From NCBI GenBank assembly GCA_965203355.1, contig OZ241889.1, forward strand, positions 3,744,001-3,808,000: a DNA stretch of 64,000 bases. Direction: 5' to 3'. The notes under the pieces were generated by a model. The model was given only the letters and a program-made list of their open reading frames with translations. It was not told the origin of the DNA and did not search any database. Positions 60,171 to 64,000 of this stretch are shown piece after piece. Source of the stretch: Candidatus Latescibacterota bacterium (GTDB lineage: Bacteria; Latescibacterota; UBA2968; UBA8231). A program made the position numbers and the translations under genes. The stretch's first letter is position 1, and the number at the start of each line of letters is the position of its first letter.

Positions 60171-62282
60171 ATGCGTGAAATCTACCATTGGACTGAGTGG
60201 TTCTCAGAGCTTGCAAATAAGATCGCTGAGGGTGGCGAGGAATTTCTGATTGACCGTGCAAAGCAGATCAATTGGGAAGCCGCGGGGAAAAAACCGCCTT
60301 TGCTGCTGCACGGCGACAAGAACATAGATCCGTTCTCATTCTTCTACAGCCTCGCGCCACGCCGAAGCTCGGCGAACAGGAAGCTGATATATCGGAGCGT
60401 CGAGAACGTTTTCAACATGAAGCACCAGTACCCGGAAGAGCTGTACGATTCGAAAGACGCGTTCGTATTCCCAACGGCAAACCAGCATAATTTGCTCTAT
60501 TACAGCAATGTTCAGACTGATCCAAAGTTGCTTTGGAACTTGTTCCGCAGTGCCGTGCGAGGGCTCGACTCGGTGGACCCCGAAGATTTCGATGATGCAC
60601 TCAAGATCAATCGCGTTGGTAAATCGAAACTGACGCAGGCGCTCTTTCTCATCAACTCGTCCCAGTTCCTTCCCTGCGACAAGTTTATGAAAACCTTTGT
60701 CGATGACAAGCTGAAAACCTTTGTCGATCTACCACCGGATAACGAATTCAATTGGAAATCCTATCAAGAATGGCTACATCAAGTCCGCGACATGTTCCTA
60801 GGTTGTGCGCCTTACGAAATAAACTTTTTTGTCTTCTGGCAGAAGGAAAATCTCCCCATTCGTGAAAAATACTTTCAAGTTAGCACAAAGGCTTGGGGCG
60901 AAGATGGGGGCGACTTCTGGCAGGATAATGATCCAGAACTCGACTTTGAATCTAACAATTGGGTCTTTGTAGGAGGAGAGAATAATTATCCACTCGGCGA
61001 CCCACGCCCCGGCGATATAATGCTTGTTAGAACTGGAGGGCGGGGCCGCGGCATTGGAGTGGTCTATAAGAACGAGTACCAAGATGGATTCGATAGGAAT
61101 CGCCGATTGCATGTGTTGTGGCTGAACAAGATGTCTGCTGACGTCCCGCAGATGAACCCGAGGCTGTTGGGACTTTCCAGAGCGAAAGAAAAAACTACGG
61201 GCGCATTCCGTTCGATACCCACATATAGAGCGACGTTCGAGTTATTGGATCGACTAAGTGGTAGGCCTATGGCGAACTCAGGAACACAGCAGAATTCGGT
61301 AAAACACCCCCTCAACCAGATTCTCTACGGTCCACCAGGAACCGGCAAGACCTACCACACGGTCGACAGTGCCTTGGCGATCATTGACGGTGAAAGCGTG
61401 GAAGCGATCGAACGTAACATCAAGAGATTCCGCACACTTCGAGACTCCGGTCAGATAGACATGGTGACCTTCCACCAGAACCTCGCCTATGAAGACTTCA
61501 TTGAGGGCATCAGGCCAGTATTAGACGATGGGGCTGACGGCCAAATCAGATACGAACTGTGTGACGGTATTTTCAAGCGAATTGCTGAGGCTGCGAAAGA
61601 GGAAATAGATAAACCGTTCGTACTAATTATCGACGAGATCAACCGAGGCAACATCGCCAAGATATTCGGAGAGCTCATCACGCTGATCGAAGACTCTCGG
61701 AGACTTGGCGCGGACGATGAAACGAAGGTCACGCTACCTTACTCGAAGGTTTCATTCGGTGTTCCAAACAACCTCTACCTGATCGGCACGATGAACACAG
61801 CGGACCGGTCGATTCAATTGCTTGACACGGCACTGCGCCGCCGCTTCGACTTCGTGGAGATGATGCCGGAGCCAGAGCACAAATATATATCCACAGATGT
61901 AGAAGGTGTTGATTGTCAGGAAATGCTCAAGGCCATGAACAAGCGCATCACGGCGTTACTCGACCGGGAACATCAGATCGGCCACACCTACCTGCTAGAC
62001 ATCGAAACTATGGCGGAACTGTCGTACGCCTTCCAAAACAAGATATTCCCTCTGTTGCAGGAATACTTCTTTGACGATTGGGCCAAAATACGAGCCGTTC
62101 TAGGCGAGAACAGCTTTGTTGTGGGACAGAGTGCCGCAGGCGTGTTGCGGGAAAACGAACAGGTGGACGAAGATCGAACGATTTACGAGCGGCTACCCGG
62201 CGACGACGACCGCTGGACAGACCCGGAGGAGTACAAAAAGATATACAAGGCTGGCAACGCAGATGATACAAGTAACTCCTAA
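60171..62282 (+). CDS. mcrB: McrB-family AAA+ GTPase
   Basis: YGPPGTGKT, TFHQ...YEDFIEG, IIDEINRGN, MNTADRS, IGH. Confidence 0.92.
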   Translation: MREIYHWTEWFSELANKIAEGGEEFLIDRAKQINWEAAGKKPPLLLHGDKNIDPFSFFYSLAPRRSSANRKLIYRSVENVFNMKHQYPEELYDSKDAFVFPTANQHNLLYYSNVQTDPKLLWNLFRSAVRGLDSVDPEDFDDALKINRVGKSKLTQALFLINSSQFLPCDKFMKTFVDDKLKTFVDLPPDNEFNWKSYQEWLHQVRDMFLGCAPYEINFFVFWQKENLPIREKYFQVSTKAWGEDGGDFWQDNDPELDFESNNWVFVGGENNYPLGDPRPGDIMLVRTGGRGRGIGVVYKNEYQDGFDRNRRLHVLWLNKMSADVPQMNPRLLGLSRAKEKTTGAFRSIPTYRATFELLDRLSGRPMANSGTQQNSVKHPLNQILYGPPGTGKTYHTVDSALAIIDGESVEAIERNIKRFRTLRDSGQIDMVTFHQNLAYEDFIEGIRPVLDDGADGQIRYELCDGIFKRIAEAAKEEIDKPFVLIIDEINRGNIAKIFGELITLIEDSRRLGADDETKVTLPYSKVSFGVPNNLYLIGTMNTADRSIQLLDTALRRRFDFVEMMPEPEHKYISTDVEGVDCQEMLKAMNKRITALLDREHQIGHTYLLDIETMAELSYAFQNKIFPLLQEYFFDDWAKIRAVLGENSFVVGQSAAGVLRENEQVDEDRTIYERLPGDDDRWTDPEEYKKIYKAGNADDTSNS

Positions 62283-63510
62283 TGCCCGGCACCACACTGT
62301 CAGGGAGTACGAGCCGCTCGATTTTGCAACTGCACAGGAGCGAGAAGATCTAAAGTCGTTCCAAGGTGTGTTCAAGCAAAATTCCAACGGCACCTTGGCG
62401 GCGAGTAACTACGTCGGCGTCATCACGACAAAACGCGGCACCGTGGTCGAGATTCTCCCGAAAATCGATCTCGGGGGCGATCCACCTCCCCACTACGAAA
62501 AAACCAAGCGCCTGTTCTTGTCCATGCTTCGATGCTGGCGAGGCTTTGACAAGAAGACCCTACCGGAGAGCGACATCCGCGCCCTGCGGCGATTCTCCAT
62601 GCTCGAAGTCTTCGTTCGCCAGTTCCTCGTCAACCTGAATGCGCTCGCCCGTGGCGGTCTCGCTAGACGCTACATCTCGGTAGAGGAAAACCTGCCGTAC
62701 CTCGGAGGACGCCTCCTCTTCCGCGAGCAAATCCGCGAAAACCTGACCAATCAGGCGCGATTCTACGTCGCGCACGACAAGTTGAGCGTCAACAGGCCCG
62801 CCAACCGGCTCATTCACAGCGCGATAGCCAAGCTGACCCCGCAGGTGCAAGACACAGAAAACCGCCGACTGTTGCATCTATTGATGGCGACATTCGCCGA
62901 CGTACCGCAAACGGCCAATCCACACGCGGACTGGCAGCGGCACCAAGTGGATCGTTCCATGCCGCATTACGGGCCGGTGATGCAGTGGGTGGGCCTGTTC
63001 CTATTCGGGCATGGGTTGACGACCTTCGCCGGACGCCATCAGAACCTGTCCTTGCTGTTCCCCATGGAGCAGGTGTTCGAGGGCTTCGTCACGCACAGTT
63101 TTCGACGCCACCAGACGGACTATCACGTGGCTGCACAAAACCCGCAAAAGCCCTTCGCCAATATCGACGCTCAAGCCGCGTTCACGATGAAACCGGACAT
63201 TTCGCTCCAGAAGAAGAACCGCAAGGATGTAGCGTTCATCCTCGACGCCAAGTGGAAACGCATCACCGCCGCCGACCATCCGAAGCATGGTATCGACCAA
63301 GGCGACCTGTACCAACTTTACGCTTACGGCAAGGGCTACGGTTGTGAGGCCGTAGCCCTGATCTACCCGCAAACGCAGGACTTTAGGACCAAACTGCGCT
63401 ATCAAATCCTCGACGATTTAACACTGCTTTGCCTGCCGTTCGATGTCGCGCATCCCAAAGAAAGCGTACAGCGATCACTAGAGGCACTAGAGGCACTCGC
63501 GAGGGCTTGA
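62263..63510 (+). CDS. mcrC: McrC-family PD-(D/E)XK nuclease subunit
   Basis: NYVG, EILPKI, FPMEQVFE, KPD, DAKWK, DLYQLYAY; overlaps the mcrB stop. Confidence 0.92.
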   Translation: MIQVTPNARHHTVREYEPLDFATAQEREDLKSFQGVFKQNSNGTLAASNYVGVITTKRGTVVEILPKIDLGGDPPPHYEKTKRLFLSMLRCWRGFDKKTLPESDIRALRRFSMLEVFVRQFLVNLNALARGGLARRYISVEENLPYLGGRLLFREQIRENLTNQARFYVAHDKLSVNRPANRLIHSAIAKLTPQVQDTENRRLLHLLMATFADVPQTANPHADWQRHQVDRSMPHYGPVMQWVGLFLFGHGLTTFAGRHQNLSLLFPMEQVFEGFVTHSFRRHQTDYHVAAQNPQKPFANIDAQAAFTMKPDISLQKKNRKDVAFILDAKWKRITAADHPKHGIDQGDLYQLYAYGKGYGCEAVALIYPQTQDFRTKLRYQILDDLTLLCLPFDVAHPKESVQRSLEALEALARA

Positions 63511-63710
63511 TTTCCTGAGATCTGAGCCAAGCGTTGGCAGCCCAAGGCAAAATCCTTATCAGCGTGATAGGCCCGCACCCGCTCGCGGTGCAGAATTTGG
63601 CACATTTCGACATACGAGGGTATGTCCTGCCAGCGCGGATAGCGGCACAGCACCTGTCTCCCTTCTATGGGAATGGCTTTGACGAATTGACCTTTTCTGA
63701 GTATGGCCAA
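63511..63710 (-). pseudogene. Possible 5' fragment of a gene truncated at the mcrC end
   Basis: Protein-like segment EGRQVLCRYPRWQDIPSYVE runs head-on into mcrC; family not established. Confidence 0.3.
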
Positions 63711-63779
63711 GTAGAGAAAGAAGTTGAGTTTGCTCTTTACCGCTCACTTCCCTTGTGATGGGTACACCGGCTCCTTTGT

Positions 63780-64000
63780 CTAGCCGTGTATTCCGTCCAA
63801 TTCAGGTAAGAGCTTAACGCTCTCTTGTTCGTTGGGGTCCGTCCGGGCGATCACCGCAGTGCAGATTTCAGTCTCGCTGGGATTGTAGGGAAGATGAGGG
63901 ACGCCGGCAGGGATAAAAACAAAGTCGCCGCTGTTGACCTCTACGCGCTCCTCCAGCCGCTCGCCATACCACATTACAGATTGGCCGCTGATGACATAAA
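63780..64000 (-). CDS. Cupin-domain protein (5' end outside window)
   Basis: YVISG...GDFVFIPAGVPHLPYN...ARTDPNEQES. Confidence 0.85.
   Translation of the reverse strand, partial: YVISGQSVMWYGERLEERVEVNSGDFVFIPAGVPHLPYNPSETEICTAVIARTDPNEQESVKLLPELDGIHG

Noticed and set aside
1-64000. tRNA/rRNA genes, transposases, integrases or prophage structural genes
   Set aside because: No supporting motifs recognised in the window.

Overview
GC-rich bacterial chromosomal window. Its sulfatases, secreted ankyrin protein, FlgD/T9SS-like sorting domain and propeller lipoproteins resemble FCB-group (Latescibacterota/Gemmatimonadota-like), possibly host-associated bacteria; that taxonomy is inference only. 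It holds sugar/sulfate catabolic genes, a complete type I-E CRISPR-Cas locus (cas3-cas8e-cas11-cas7-cas5-cas6e-cas1-cas2) with about 116 repeats, two toxin-antitoxin-like modules, several deletion pseudogenes and an McrBC system. Three things stand out. (1) At 30570-30659 a 29-bp direct repeat that resembles the CRISPR repeat in register flanks a 32-bp AT-rich insert (61-bp period) and frameshifts a ribbon-helix-helix gene. This looks like a natural off-target Cas1-Cas2 spacer integration (neo-CRISPR). (2) A ~20-kb minus-strand island (34.5-54.9 kb) has two sigma54 promoters sharing a homologous enhancer block. They drive an unannotated Cys-rich peptide, three beta-propeller lipoproteins, an FGE-domain protein and a two-permease RND exporter, next to a peptide-binding protein, a histidine kinase and an NtrC-type regulator. 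This is a candidate peptide signalling/antagonism system. (3) A UxxC redoxin selenoprotein is split in two by the ORF track.
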